IMG/VR virus record: IMGVR_UViG_3300009164_000002 | Coordinates: 2,968 to 66,967 of that record | Direction: 5' to 3' (one strand) | DNA: 64,000 nt | Source of the DNA: a virus | Part shown: positions 34,596-43,525 of the stretch, piece after piece | Numbering within the stretch: the stretch's first letter is position 1 | How the letters are laid out: every line of letters begins with the position of its first letter | Made by a program: the position numbers and the translations under genes | Notes under the pieces: model-generated | Databases searched by the model: none | Told to the model about the DNA's origin: nothing | The model's input: the letters and a program-made list of their open reading frames with translations, nothing else

Positions 34596-36929
34596 ATGTC
34601 ATTATTTTCTGAAAGCGAAGAATCACTAGAGTTATTGCAAACTTTAGATGATGAAACATATGAGCCGCCATCTGAAAGACTTGGATCTCCAGAAGCTTTA
34701 AGGGCAATCTATGATAAGCTAAAAGATGATGATGCAGATGGATCTTATAATAGGTCTTTAATACAAGGACAAATGGATTTCGTTCCTCCCCATGATGATG
34801 TTGAATTGGAAAATAAAGGACAATCTGATCGTTTTAATATTACAACTGGTGAAGGACCTGCTATTAAGAATGAAGCTGTAGCCGCTTACATGGATATTTA
34901 TACAACTCCTAAAGTGCTGGCTGACATTCCATTAGACGGGACTATAGACAAACAACAAGCTGATGCATGGAGTTCCATCTTAGCTGAAGAATTTACAGCA
35001 ATGGACAGAAATGATGATGCATCATTACCTTTGCATTTGCAGTTATCTGATACATACGTAACTCATGGAGTTGCCATAGCTTACTTTGATGATAAATATA
35101 CCATGCGTTATTCTGTTGCTGGTTTAGATCACTTTAAGTTCCCGCGTAATACAGGCATTGTTTCAAGTGAAGTAGAAGCAACTACAGCATTAGGTCACTA
35201 CACAGTGACACAGCTTTACGCTAAGGCTAGGAGTGGAGCAGAGGGCTGGAATGAGGAAATGGTTAAACTTGCAATTTTACAATCTACTGCTGCAACAAGT
35301 AATAAAGATTGGAATAACTGGGAGCTTATACAGCGTGATATTAAAGCTAATGAGATTTACGTAAATTCTATTTGCCCACCAATTGAAGTTATTCATGGAT
35401 GGTTTCAAGAATTTGATGGTAAAGTTAGTTATTATATTTCAGCTAAAAATCCTCTTTCAAAAAAAGGTGGAGTAAAAGAACAGTTCTTATTTAAATCTAG
35501 AGGGTTCTTTGAATCTGCTGACCAAGGATTCCAAATCTTTCCATTTAGCGTAGGCAATGGTGGCAAACTATATACTGTTCGTGGACTTGGTTATTTAATT
35601 TATCAATTGTGTAACGCAATGGATATTATGCATTGTAAGCTTCTAGATAACGCTCGCGTGAGTTCTTCGCTGATTGTGCAACCCGGATCTACAGAAGACA
35701 TGCAGGATATGCAGCTTACTGACTTTGGTGGCGGTATTGCTATTCCACCTAATATGAAGTTGCCTGAGCGTCAATTGGCTCAGAATCTTAACAATAGTTT
35801 GATCCCAGCGATCAATGAAAGTCGTAACATCTTAAATCGTGCAACTGGCGGATTAGCTAGTGGCAATATGATGATGCAACCTGATCAAGATCGTAGAACA
35901 AAACTAGAAGTTAGTTCTCAACTCGATTACATCAATAAACTAAACAGCTTTGCTATTAATCTATTCTATGGACCTTATGATAAAATCATGCGCGAAAAAG
36001 TAAGACGTGCCTTCACGGTTCCTCAAAAAGATCGTGTCGCTAAAAAGAGAGTTATTGAGATGAAGGCTAGGTGCTTAGCACGTGGAGTTCCTGAAGAAGT
36101 ATTTAGTAAAATTGACTTTAAAGGAGTTCGTGCTTCTCGTATTATTGGGACAGGATCAAGAAGTAGCCGCATTATGTTGATGGATCAAATGCAACAAATG
36201 TATTCCACTTGGGATGCAGTAGGTCGCAGTAACTTTGAATATGATTACTTAGTTGAACTCGTTGGAGTTGATAAAGCAGAACGTTACGCAGGAAAACCAA
36301 ATGAGACACGACTACCTTATGATCACAAAATTGCAACGCTCGAAAACCTTGAAATGCTTGAGGGCGATGTTATTAATCCTGTGGATGGTGAAAACCACAT
36401 GGTGCATTTGCCTGTTCACATTGATGAACTTGAAGCTGGTTTGCAAGGCGTTGATGAAGGACAAGTAGATATCATGCAATATACAATGCAGCATAAGACA
36501 ATCTATGAGCATTGTGTTGCTACGCTTGAAATGACAACTGTTCATGAAACTGTTCAGCCTGAGCTTAATCAATACAAACAACGGATTCAACAGATTGGCG
36601 AGATTGTAATGAACGGATTGAAAATGATCAATAAGCAGAATCGTGAAAATGATGCTGCCGCTCAAAACGCAGAAATGCAACAAGGTCAAGAAGTCACTGC
36701 GGATCAGAAGGAACAACAGAAGTTACAACAAGAATTGCAAATGAATGATCTCAAGCATAAGCAAAAACTTCAACAAGAATTCCAAAGCCATTCCATGAGA
36801 TTGCAAATGATCAAAGAATCAGGACAACAAAAAATGGTTATGCAAGCTCAAGACGCAATGAGTAAAATAGCATCACGCGACGCAGAAGTTCAGCAACGCA
36901 TGGCTAGATTACGAGCTTCTTCAATTTAA
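34596..36929 (+). CDS. portal protein
   Basis: 777 aa, position after TerL and before scaffold/MCP; RT..EV motif; Gln-rich C-terminal barrel. Confidence 0.8.
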   Translation: MSLFSESEESLELLQTLDDETYEPPSERLGSPEALRAIYDKLKDDDADGSYNRSLIQGQMDFVPPHDDVELENKGQSDRFNITTGEGPAIKNEAVAAYMDIYTTPKVLADIPLDGTIDKQQADAWSSILAEEFTAMDRNDDASLPLHLQLSDTYVTHGVAIAYFDDKYTMRYSVAGLDHFKFPRNTGIVSSEVEATTALGHYTVTQLYAKARSGAEGWNEEMVKLAILQSTAATSNKDWNNWELIQRDIKANEIYVNSICPPIEVIHGWFQEFDGKVSYYISAKNPLSKKGGVKEQFLFKSRGFFESADQGFQIFPFSVGNGGKLYTVRGLGYLIYQLCNAMDIMHCKLLDNARVSSSLIVQPGSTEDMQDMQLTDFGGGIAIPPNMKLPERQLAQNLNNSLIPAINESRNILNRATGGLASGNMMMQPDQDRRTKLEVSSQLDYINKLNSFAINLFYGPYDKIMREKVRRAFTVPQKDRVAKKRVIEMKARCLARGVPEEVFSKIDFKGVRASRIIGTGSRSSRIMLMDQMQQMYSTWDAVGRSNFEYDYLVELVGVDKAERYAGKPNETRLPYDHKIATLENLEMLEGDVINPVDGENHMVHLPVHIDELEAGLQGVDEGQVDIMQYTMQHKTIYEHCVATLEMTTVHETVQPELNQYKQRIQQIGEIVMNGLKMINKQNRENDAAAQNAEMQQGQEVTADQKEQQKLQQELQMNDLKHKQKLQQEFQSHSMRLQMIKESGQQKMVMQAQDAMSKIASRDAEVQQRMARLRASSI

Positions 36930-36932
36930 TTT

Positions 36933-37178
36933 ATGATACAATTAAGCGATACTGAAAAACAAGAATTACGCAATATATTGCTAAACCCAATCTTTAAACG
37001 TAGTTTTGAGGATGCAATGCGAAAAGTTTGGAATAAAAAAAGAGGGGCTGAAACCTTAGAGGGCGCGGCTATGGCTTATAATCATCAATCAGGTGCTAGT
37101 GATCTTGTTGATGAACTTTTTGCTTTAGCTGAACTAAAGGACAAACACTCTGTTCCAATGCGTAAATTAAAACACTAA
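36933..37178 (+). CDS. small head-associated protein
   Basis: Between portal and scaffold. Confidence 0.55.
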   Translation: MIQLSDTEKQELRNILLNPIFKRSFEDAMRKVWNKKRGAETLEGAAMAYNHQSGASDLVDELFALAELKDKHSVPMRKLKH

Positions 37179-37193
37179 TAACTAAAATAACCA

Positions 37194-38438
37194 ATGAGCA
37201 CATTAAATACAAAAGCTAAAGATAGCGAACTAGAATCAACCAATTGGGGCGACCCTACTGGCAAAGGAATTATGGCTGCAATGAATGAAATGTTCGATGA
37301 TGCGCCTAATAAAGAAAAAGCAAAAGAAGTCATTCAGGACATTGCACCAGAACCAGAGAAAAAGGTAATTGAACCTGAAGTAGTTGAGCCTAAAGTTGCT
37401 GAGCCTAAAAAGGCTGAAGTTGTAGAGCCAATTGTAGAAGAAGATATTATCGAAGAGGAATTCTTTACAGACACTACTGAAGAGGATACTAAAAAAGACG
37501 AAGAATCTAAACCTTTTGATGAAGCTGATTTCGATAAGCAAACTGAAGAATCAGTTGTTGGTATGGAAGCTAAAGCTGGTGATAAGTTTAGAGAACTCAG
37601 AGCTGAGCTTAAAGAAGCCAAGAAGCAGGTTATTTCGCCCGATATTACCACTAAGCTACAATACCTAGAACTTAAAGCACAAGAGGCTGAAGGGCTACGT
37701 GAGCGCTTAGAAGAGATAAGTAGTCAAAGTGCCAAACTTAAAGTTGAGGCAAGTGATGAATACAATAATTCTATTGTTAAGCCAGCAATGGAAATCTTCC
37801 AGAAAGCTGATCAACTTGCAGGTCTTTATGATATAGATCCATCTGCCTTTAAAGATATTATTCGTGAAAAAGATCGTAAGGTTCAAAACCAAATGATTGC
37901 CGAACATCTTAACGATCTTTCTGATTTTGATCGCAATGAAGCATATCGCATGATTCAAGACTTTGGTTCACTCATGAATAATCGTGAGAAGATGCTTAGC
38001 AATGCAGATCAGGAAATTGAAAGACAGCAAGTTCAACGTATTGAAGCTGACAAAGCTTTTCTTGCTGAGCAAAAAAAAGCTGTTCAAGTTATTCAAAAGG
38101 ACATTTGGGAGAAGTATAAAGATAAGATTCCGGGTTTCATTGAAGAGGGCAAAGAAACTTCTGAGTTTAAAAAGCTCATGGCAAAAAGCCTATCTATTGA
38201 CTTTAGTCAGGCTAAAGCCCGTGATCAAGCCTATGCTTCCTTTGCTGGCGTTGCTCTTCCTCATGCAATGAAAGAACTACACGCCATGCGTAAACGTCTA
38301 AGTGTATATGAAAGCAATGATGAGAAATCAGTTAAATCAACACCTAAACCAAGTTCTTCAGTATCTGCTACACCACATTCTGAAAAAGTTGCAGGTTCTT
38401 TCTTAGAGCGTTTTGCTAGTGAAGATTTCGAGTCTTAA
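37194..38438 (+). CDS. capsid scaffolding protein
   Basis: Acidic EPK-rich N-terminus, coiled coils, position before MCP. Confidence 0.7.
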   Translation: MSTLNTKAKDSELESTNWGDPTGKGIMAAMNEMFDDAPNKEKAKEVIQDIAPEPEKKVIEPEVVEPKVAEPKKAEVVEPIVEEDIIEEEFFTDTTEEDTKKDEESKPFDEADFDKQTEESVVGMEAKAGDKFRELRAELKEAKKQVISPDITTKLQYLELKAQEAEGLRERLEEISSQSAKLKVEASDEYNNSIVKPAMEIFQKADQLAGLYDIDPSAFKDIIREKDRKVQNQMIAEHLNDLSDFDRNEAYRMIQDFGSLMNNREKMLSNADQEIERQQVQRIEADKAFLAEQKKAVQVIQKDIWEKYKDKIPGFIEEGKETSEFKKLMAKSLSIDFSQAKARDQAYASFAGVALPHAMKELHAMRKRLSVYESNDEKSVKSTPKPSSSVSATPHSEKVAGSFLERFASEDFES

Positions 38439-38679
38439 GATAAATATAATTAATTTAATAATAATTATTGACTAAGCGGTCGAATTGGGATAAAAGTCTT
38501 TTGAACCTGTAAATCGGTAGGGTTCTAAAAACTTCCTGATTCGGCCGCTCGCACGTTATCGCGTTCTAGAAAGCACAAATTAAAGCAACCTCTAGTAGGT
38601 ATGTTTTGTTTTCATTTACGTTAAAAGCATTTGCTTTAACAAATCTCAATAATCATTCACAATTTAACTTAATAAAATT

Positions 38680-40170
38680 ATGGCTTACACAGTAGAAGAC
38701 TTCCTCGTAGAGCAAGCACCAATGATCGGCACCGACATCAATCAAAAGATGATGGAGCAACCAACCCCGTGGATTAACCTTTACAAGCAAGAGACTTGGG
38801 AAGACGAGAAATCGAGCACACAAAAAACTTTCCAGTTTGACCGTGCTAAATTGACCGACCCAACTGGAACCCTTAGCGACGAACTTATCGAAGAAGTCGA
38901 ATGGGCAAATGTTACGACCGATGTTTCCCTTAACAACAACACCGCTAACCATCAAGCTACTAATGGCGATGGCATTCCTCCTTCGGATAATGTTGAGTTC
39001 ACACAAACTCTTCGTGAGTATAACCTCCAGCACAAAGCTGTTTGGGGTCCTCCAATGAACACCAACCAACTTCGTAACAAGTTTGTCCGTGCTCAACAAA
39101 TGGGAGCATGTGTTGCTGCACTTGCTGACCAAGCACGTGAGTTCTGGATTGAACGTAAACGCTCGGAATATACCCGTATTGCAGATAACCTTGTCGTTCT
39201 TGACTCTGGTTTCTCTCTCGCTGGCGGTTATTATGGTGACATGGCTGCTCCTGCAACCACTGGAACTGATCAATCTATCCTTACCACAAGTTTCTGCGAT
39301 GAAATTTACGAATACCTCAACCTTCATGGTGCTGGTAAAGGCTCTATGGGCGTAGCAGAAAACCGTCCTGTTTATGGATTGGTTACCTCTTCTCGTCAAA
39401 GCCGTCGTTTGATCATGGCTGATCCAGATGTCCGCGAGGATTTCCGTTATTCCGCACAGAACGAGAAACTTCTCGCTCCTATGGGAATCAAATGGACTTA
39501 CAATGGTTTCACCCACATCATTGATGACAAAACTGAACGTTGGGAATTCGTTCCTGCATCAGCTGTCACCGTTGCTTTGGATGCAGCTACTAAAGTCGTT
39601 ACCTTCAGTGGACCACTTGTTAGCTCGACTGGTGCAACTGTCCGTCTCTTTAAAGGTTCTACCATCATCGTCACTGGTGCAGATGCTTGCAAACTGATCG
39701 TAACTGGTCGCCATGCAACTGCTAACAAATACTACGTGAAGAGCGCAGTAGACAGTGTAGCATTGATCGACGTTACCCCAGCGGTAACTACCTTCACTGC
39801 ATGGGCAAGTGTTCCTCAGTATGTCGTTACCACCGTCAATGGTGTTCTTAAACGCGTTCCTAACCCGAATTGGTTGATCGCTACTTGGGAAGATTCTCAA
39901 GTATTCCATCAAGACGTATGCACAAGCTTGATTCCAAAACCAATTACATCTGTAGGACAAGCTTCCTTCGATGCAATTAACTACACTGGAACCTATCGCT
40001 GGACTAATTACGAAGATCGTCAAGATAACCCTGATGGTCAAATCGGTCAATTCCGTGGAGTTCTCTCCAACGGAACACGTCCTGAGAATCCAGAGTTTGG
40101 TATCATCATCCGCCATCTTGCCGTCCCGCGTCCTGCTGGTCGTATTGTTGGTGCATCTTCTCTTGGTTAA
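38680..40170 (+). CDS. major capsid protein
   Basis: 496 aa with strongly biased codon usage; follows scaffold; followed by a terminator. Confidence 0.85.
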   Translation: MAYTVEDFLVEQAPMIGTDINQKMMEQPTPWINLYKQETWEDEKSSTQKTFQFDRAKLTDPTGTLSDELIEEVEWANVTTDVSLNNNTANHQATNGDGIPPSDNVEFTQTLREYNLQHKAVWGPPMNTNQLRNKFVRAQQMGACVAALADQAREFWIERKRSEYTRIADNLVVLDSGFSLAGGYYGDMAAPATTGTDQSILTTSFCDEIYEYLNLHGAGKGSMGVAENRPVYGLVTSSRQSRRLIMADPDVREDFRYSAQNEKLLAPMGIKWTYNGFTHIIDDKTERWEFVPASAVTVALDAATKVVTFSGPLVSSTGATVRLFKGSTIIVTGADACKLIVTGRHATANKYYVKSAVDSVALIDVTPAVTTFTAWASVPQYVVTTVNGVLKRVPNPNWLIATWEDSQVFHQDVCTSLIPKPITSVGQASFDAINYTGTYRWTNYEDRQDNPDGQIGQFRGVLSNGTRPENPEFGIIIRHLAVPRPAGRIVGASSLG

Positions 40171-40181
40171 GAGTTGTTATT

Positions 40182-40222
40182 AACCCCCGTCTCAGAGCCC
40201 TCTGGGGCGGGGTTTTTTCTTT
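40182..40222 (+). terminator. Rho-independent terminator
   Basis: CCCCGTCTCAGA-GCCC-TCTGGGGCGGGG-TTTTTTCTTTT. Confidence 0.85.
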
Positions 40223-40244
40223 TAAAGGGCAACTATATAAAATT

Positions 40245-40679
40245 ATGAAAACACTATTATCGCTTATTCTTCCCGAAAATTCTACTTTTCGTTATTTAAA
40301 AAATGGACGTAAAGGTATTGGATTCCGCAATGGAACTCTTATTACTCGTGACTCTAATGGAGTTGAAGTAGGTATTACTGGTTTGGCTGTTGCTGATGTA
40401 ACAATGGCTGCTGGTGATGCTGCTGTTATTAGTAAACGTCTGACTGTATTCTCTGGTCGCACAGCTGCAACCGCAGCAACTATTCCAGCTGCAAGTGGTC
40501 CTGTTCGTGATTTAATTATTCAAAATGCTAATACAAGTTCAGGTGCAGTTACAGTAACAAGTCCAGCAACTAATATTTACTCGGCTGCAAGTGCTTCGCC
40601 TTCTGCGACGCATACAATTCCAATTGCTACTACACATCGTTTGCTATCTGATGGAACTAGTTGGTTCCGTACACATTAA
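40245..40679 (+). CDS. putative capsid decoration/fibre protein
   Basis: TIPAA...LIIQN...LLSDGTSW beta-sandwich pattern. Confidence 0.55.
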   Translation: MKTLLSLILPENSTFRYLKNGRKGIGFRNGTLITRDSNGVEVGITGLAVADVTMAAGDAAVISKRLTVFSGRTAATAATIPAASGPVRDLIIQNANTSSGAVTVTSPATNIYSAASASPSATHTIPIATTHRLLSDGTSWFRTH

Positions 40680-40684
40680 ATTAA

Positions 40685-40726
40685 ATAGGGGTCCCTGTAA
40701 GAAATTATGGGGGCTCCTTATTTTTC
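40685..40726 (+). terminator. terminator-like hairpin
   Basis: AGGGGTCCCTGTAA-GAAA-TTATGGGGGCTCCT followed by TATTTTT. Confidence 0.6.
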
Positions 40727-40735
40727 ATTTATAAT

Positions 40736-40849
40736 ATGCAAGACAACAAAGACAATAACGATAATCTTATTGATTGTATTATTGAGTTCTCTACTTTCTG
40801 TGTGGCAGTAGGGCTTCTTTTGTTTATTGCCAATTTACTTATTTTATGA
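40736..40849 (+). CDS. 37-aa membrane peptide
   Basis: Read by hand: MQDNKDNNDNLIDCIIEFSTFCVAVGLLLFIANLLIL; ATGA overlap. Confidence 0.45.
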   Translation: MQDNKDNNDNLIDCIIEFSTFCVAVGLLLFIANLLIL

Positions 40850-41022
40850 ATCATCATTACCACACTTTACTTAATGGACTTACAGGCACTATAGCTGCCA
40901 TTAGCGGAGTCTCTATAACTTACATGGAACACGTTGAAACTTCGTTAAGAATAACTACTTCATTTTTAGGCTTGATAGTCCTAGTTTTATCTATTAGGAA
41001 CTTATGGCGTAACAAGAAATAA
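40846..41022 (+). CDS. holin-like membrane protein (58 aa)
   Basis: Read by hand; two hydrophobic segments and a basic tail RNLWRNKK. Confidence 0.55.
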   Translation: MNHHYHTLLNGLTGTIAAISGVSITYMEHVETSLRITTSFLGLIVLVLSIRNLWRNKK

Positions 41023-41024
41023 TT

Positions 41025-41210
41025 ATGAATAAGACATTATTGACATCAAAAACATTTTGGGTTCAGGTTATAACATTTGCTTCTGCATTTTTTCCTCCTG
41101 TCCAACAATGGCTTGCTTCTAATCCAGAGCAATTCCTTGCCGTATTAGCTTCCGTTAACGTAATTGTTCGGTTTGCTACTAAAGGTAAATTAACTCTCTT
41201 CGGTGAGTAG
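41025..41210 (+). CDS. holin-like protein
   Basis: SKTFW...NVIVRFAT motif, two TM segments. Confidence 0.7.
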   Translation: MNKTLLTSKTFWVQVITFASAFFPPVQQWLASNPEQFLAVLASVNVIVRFATKGKLTLFGE

Positions 41211-41450
41211 ATGAATCTGATCGCCGCCTTTACAGCTGCTTGCAATGCTTTTGTTGCATGGGTTGACTGGCGGCTTTCTAACGACTTAGATAACGATGAA
41301 GATGAACTTGACCGCCTTGGTAAAATTATGGAGTCTAAGCCTTCTGCTGATACCGAGTTGCACATCATTCGGTTACGTCAAAGAATCCAGCGTAAGAAGC
41401 GACAAAGCCGCATTAGTGAGTCCACAGTGGATAACAATGAAGCACGGTGA
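41211..41450 (+). CDS. i-spanin-like protein
   Basis: N-terminal hydrophobic helix then coiled coil; overlapped by a lipoprotein gene. Confidence 0.45.
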   Translation: MNLIAAFTAACNAFVAWVDWRLSNDLDNDEDELDRLGKIMESKPSADTELHIIRLRQRIQRKKRQSRISESTVDNNEAR

Positions 41451-41547
41451 GGTTTATCACTTTGCTGAAGGCAGCATGGTAGGTGACGGACAAGTTTATA
41501 TGAGTAGTTACAAATTTAGAAAACTATTAATTGAGGACACAAAATGA
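41296..41547 (+). CDS. o-spanin-like lipoprotein
   Basis: Signal peptide with lipobox-like LIPS-C; +1 frame overlap; ATGA coupling to the amidase. Confidence 0.55.
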   Translation: MKMNLTALVKLWSLSLLLIPSCTSFGYVKESSVRSDKAALVSPQWITMKHGEVYHFAEGSMVGDGQVYMSSYKFRKLLIEDTK

Positions 41548-42167
41548 TGATAGCAATCTGCATAGGACACAGCCGCAAGATCGGTGGGAGATACGATGGC
41601 GGCGCTTACTCCGAACATCTGAAAACTAATGAGCGAGACTTCAATTTAAAGGTCGCAACCAAGCTATCTGCAAATCTTACTCGCAAAGGTATTCCTTCGC
41701 AGATATTTAGCGATTACGTTGGCAACGGATATGGGACAGCAATGGTTAACGCAGCTGATCAAATCAGAAAAGCTCAAGCAACCATAGCAATCGAATTACA
41801 TTTTAACTCAGCGGCTCCAGAAGCTAATGGGCATGAATGGTTATATTGGTTTAACTCAATGAACGGAGCAAGTATCGCTAAGAATTTCGAGACTGAATTT
41901 AAACGTGCATTCTCAGGAATTAAATCAAGAGGTGTTAAAATGATTACTAGAGTTAATCGTGGGGGGAAATTCCTTGAGCTTACGCACTGTCCAGCAGTAA
42001 TTCTTGAGCCGTTCTTTGGTAGCAACGAAAATGACTGCAAGCAGATTACTATTGACGGAGTGGCTTCTGCATACGCTAATGCAATTGAACTTTGCGTCAA
42101 TCCTGCTGGACATGAACCATTTAAATTTGGAGTCGGAGAAGGCAGTTATATCAATCGAAAAGCATGA
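41544..42167 (+). CDS. endolysin, N-acetylmuramoyl-L-alanine amidase (Amidase_3)
   Basis: IGH...E...IELHFNS...GHE...PAVILEPFFGSN. Confidence 0.92.
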   Translation: MMIAICIGHSRKIGGRYDGGAYSEHLKTNERDFNLKVATKLSANLTRKGIPSQIFSDYVGNGYGTAMVNAADQIRKAQATIAIELHFNSAAPEANGHEWLYWFNSMNGASIAKNFETEFKRAFSGIKSRGVKMITRVNRGGKFLELTHCPAVILEPFFGSNENDCKQITIDGVASAYANAIELCVNPAGHEPFKFGVGEGSYINRKA

Positions 42168-42448
42168 AACTTCCCCGTAGCGTCAAAATAGCAGGTCAAT
42201 CTGTAAAGATTAAGAAAGGCAAGCTTGAGGACGCATACGGACAATACGAACACGACAACCGAACAATCTGGATATCAAACGCAATCAAAGACGAAAAAGA
42301 AATCATTACTACTTTGCGGCATGAAATCCTTGAGGCATCGCTATTAATATCGGGAGTCGGCTGGATGGAGAAATACGAGCAGGAAGCCGTAGTAAGATGC
42401 GTTGATGAAATATTCTGGGTAGCTTGGGAATCACTTAAATTTAACTAA
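42164..42448 (+). CDS. small zincin-like protein
   Basis: YG.Y..TIWI..TLRHEILEA...EQE. Confidence 0.7.
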   Translation: MKLPRSVKIAGQSVKIKKGKLEDAYGQYEHDNRTIWISNAIKDEKEIITTLRHEILEASLLISGVGWMEKYEQEAVVRCVDEIFWVAWESLKFN

Positions 42449-42449
42449 C

Positions 42450-43175
42450 ATGGCTTGGGAAAAATCAATCTTTATGGCAGACTCTCACGGGGATTTAGTT
42501 TGTCCAAACGCAATCAAGGTATTCAAGTCTTTCATGGACGACTGGAATCCTAAACATCGAATTCATTTAGGAGATGTCTGGGACTTTCGAGCAATTAGAC
42601 GTAACGCTGGAAACGAGGAACGTGCAGAAGGTATTCGATATGATTATAACTGCGGCATGGAGCTACTTGACTGGTATCGTCCGAACTACTTAACGCTAGG
42701 AAATCACGACCACAGGCTATGGAGAGCGGCAGGAGAGACTAGCAATGGCGTATTGGCAGACCTATGTGCACAGAAAGCACAAGAAACTGAAGACGAGTTC
42801 CGCAAGATGGGAATTAAATGGGTTCACTGGAAAGTTACGGAACGATTTAAGTTGGGTAATTTAACTATGATCCATGGTTTCCATTCCTCAATGCATCCAG
42901 CTAAAGCTCATCATGAAAAATATGGTTCTTGCATATTTGGACACGTCCACGCCCCGAATGATTACGAAGCTAGGCACATTGACGGCGGCAGTTCACATGC
43001 TATTGGCACAATGGCTAAGATTGATAAAATGGCTTATGCGGATGCTTACACGGCAAAGTTGGGTTGGCGTAACGGATTTGCTTACGGATTACATAACACA
43101 AAAACTGGAGATTTTAAGATATGGCAAATAACAAAAAACGGATCGGATTGGATCAGTCCTCACGGGATACTGTAA
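42450..43175 (+). CDS. calcineurin-like metallophosphoesterase
   Basis: DSH, GDVWD, GNHD, HG, GHVH motifs. Confidence 0.92.
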   Translation: MAWEKSIFMADSHGDLVCPNAIKVFKSFMDDWNPKHRIHLGDVWDFRAIRRNAGNEERAEGIRYDYNCGMELLDWYRPNYLTLGNHDHRLWRAAGETSNGVLADLCAQKAQETEDEFRKMGIKWVHWKVTERFKLGNLTMIHGFHSSMHPAKAHHEKYGSCIFGHVHAPNDYEARHIDGGSSHAIGTMAKIDKMAYADAYTAKLGWRNGFAYGLHNTKTGDFKIWQITKNGSDWISPHGIL

Positions 43176-43405
43176 AAGATGACGTATGGGGCAAGATTGA
43201 TCTAATGATCAGCACGTTGGATAAACCTAAACAGCCCGATGAGTTCACAATTAGCGATTATATCGACAGGATCGAATCTCAAGGCAACGCTATCAGCGCG
43301 AGCCAAGCTGGAAAGCAATTGCTATTAAAAGTCAAAGATGGGACATTAACCTCCCGCAAAACGAAAGTTAAAGGCTTTAAGGTCAACGTATTTAAGTTTG
43401 TTTGA
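43121..43405 (+). CDS. hypothetical (winged-helix-like) protein
   Basis: EFTISDY...LKVKDGTLTSRK. Confidence 0.55.
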   Translation: MANNKKRIGLDQSSRDTVKDDVWGKIDLMISTLDKPKQPDEFTISDYIDRIESQGNAISASQAGKQLLLKVKDGTLTSRKTKVKGFKVNVFKFV

Positions 43406-43525
43406 ATTGATACTTGTTAATTTGATGCGCGTATTTTTTATTGATATAAACCACAAATGATATATAGGTTTAATGCATTGATACACTCTTAAAGAATCAT
43501 TAATTATTTTAGTCGGACTAAAGCT

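Noticed and set aside
38653-39516. 287-aa minus-strand ORF
   Set aside because: Antisense shadow of the codon-biased capsid gene; no motifs.
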